From: Tricharina praecox
Lineage: Eukaryota
Direction: 5' to 3'
Length of the DNA: 64,000 nucleotides
NCBI RefSeq assembly: GCF_024521635.1
Contig: NW_026250414.1
Location: 124,001-188,000, forward strand
Position numbers and translations under genes: made by a program. Positions 63,361 to 64,000 of this stretch are shown here, in pieces. Within the stretch, counting starts at the first letter, position 1, and every line of letters starts with the position of its first letter. The notes under the pieces were generated by a model, which saw only the letters and a program-made list of their open reading frames with translations, searched no databases and was not told the origin of the DNA.

Positions 63361-64000
63361 TCATTTTTTCTTGCTCTTGCTGGCGGCGGTAGCTTTGGAC
63401 GTGCTGGTGGTGGAGGGCTTGGTGTCGACGCTGCTGGCTCGGCTCGTGGCGGTGCTAGTGCCGCGGCTCTCGGGTGCACTGGCTCCGCCCTTCTTGGCTT
63501 GTTCTAGGGCTTTGTTCTGTTTTCTTGTTGTTAGACGGAGGATCATGGGTGGGGGTGGGTGGGAGGAGGGAGATATACCTTGGGTTTTCCATTCGTCACG
63601 GCGGCGGCGGCGGCAGTGGTGGAGGCAGTACTCTTTCCCTTCTTCGCAGGGGGGGCGTCGCCATTATCCTCCTCTTCGTCGTCGCGGGCGTGAGTCCCCT
63701 TCTTCTTCAGCACGCCGATTCCGGGGATAGGGATCTGGTTCTCCTCGAACTCGCGCTGCACCGTGAGGATGAGGGTGTTGCACCTCCTTGAGATCTCGAG
63801 CGACGTGCGGGACAGGAAGAACCAGTCGAAGCGGAACAGCGGGCTCTCGCGAATCTCGTCCCGAATGATCTCGTGCAGGTTCTCGCAGTCGAGGCCGTAC
63901 TTGTCGAGCATCACCAGGAGGAAGCGGTCCTCTTCCTCCGTGTAGATCTTCTTGTTGGTGGTGGAGACGGAGTAGTTGAGCTTCATCTGCTGCAGCGGGA
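63361..64000 (-). CDS. ISW2: 3' end (SLIDE domain and tail) of an ISWI chromatin-remodelling ATPase; partial
   Basis: [37 protein letters not shown]...[31 protein letters not shown]. Last intron 63517-63578; stop at 63361-63363. Confidence 0.88.

Overview
Eukaryotic nuclear DNA from a filamentous ascomycete (Pezizomycotina), shown by ~50-65 nt GT-AG introns with CTRAC branch sites. A Pezizomycete origin is only my impression. Positions 1-1812 (-) hold a >=604-codon low-complexity ORF that runs off the window and is missing from the ORF track. A ~15.6 kb microsatellite-rich stretch with no convincing gene follows. From 17.5 kb onward the spliced gene models are: an NAD(P)-binding epimerase/SDR-like protein, an ADP-ribosylglycohydrolase, mitochondrial tRNA 2-thiouridylase (probable GC-AG intron), a 71-aa orphan, a two-HKD phospholipase D-family protein, an AIM24/DUF124 protein, SLY1, a PNUTS/Ppn1-like PP1 regulator with a CCCH finger, a repeat-less NACHT protein, OSH3, a GDSAG alpha/beta hydrolase, an orphan membrane protein, RRP40, the Slt2/MpkA MAP kinase, and the 3' end of an ISWI remodeler. 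Four intron-containing tRNA-Ala genes (2 CGC, 2 TGC) lie within 13 kb. The best novelty candidate is at ~23410-23690 (-): a tRNA-derived head with D and T arms but no anticodon or acceptor stem, fused to a ~135-nt structured body that ends in T tracts. It could be a Pol III ncRNA or a SINE. All calls come from manual reading; no searches were run.
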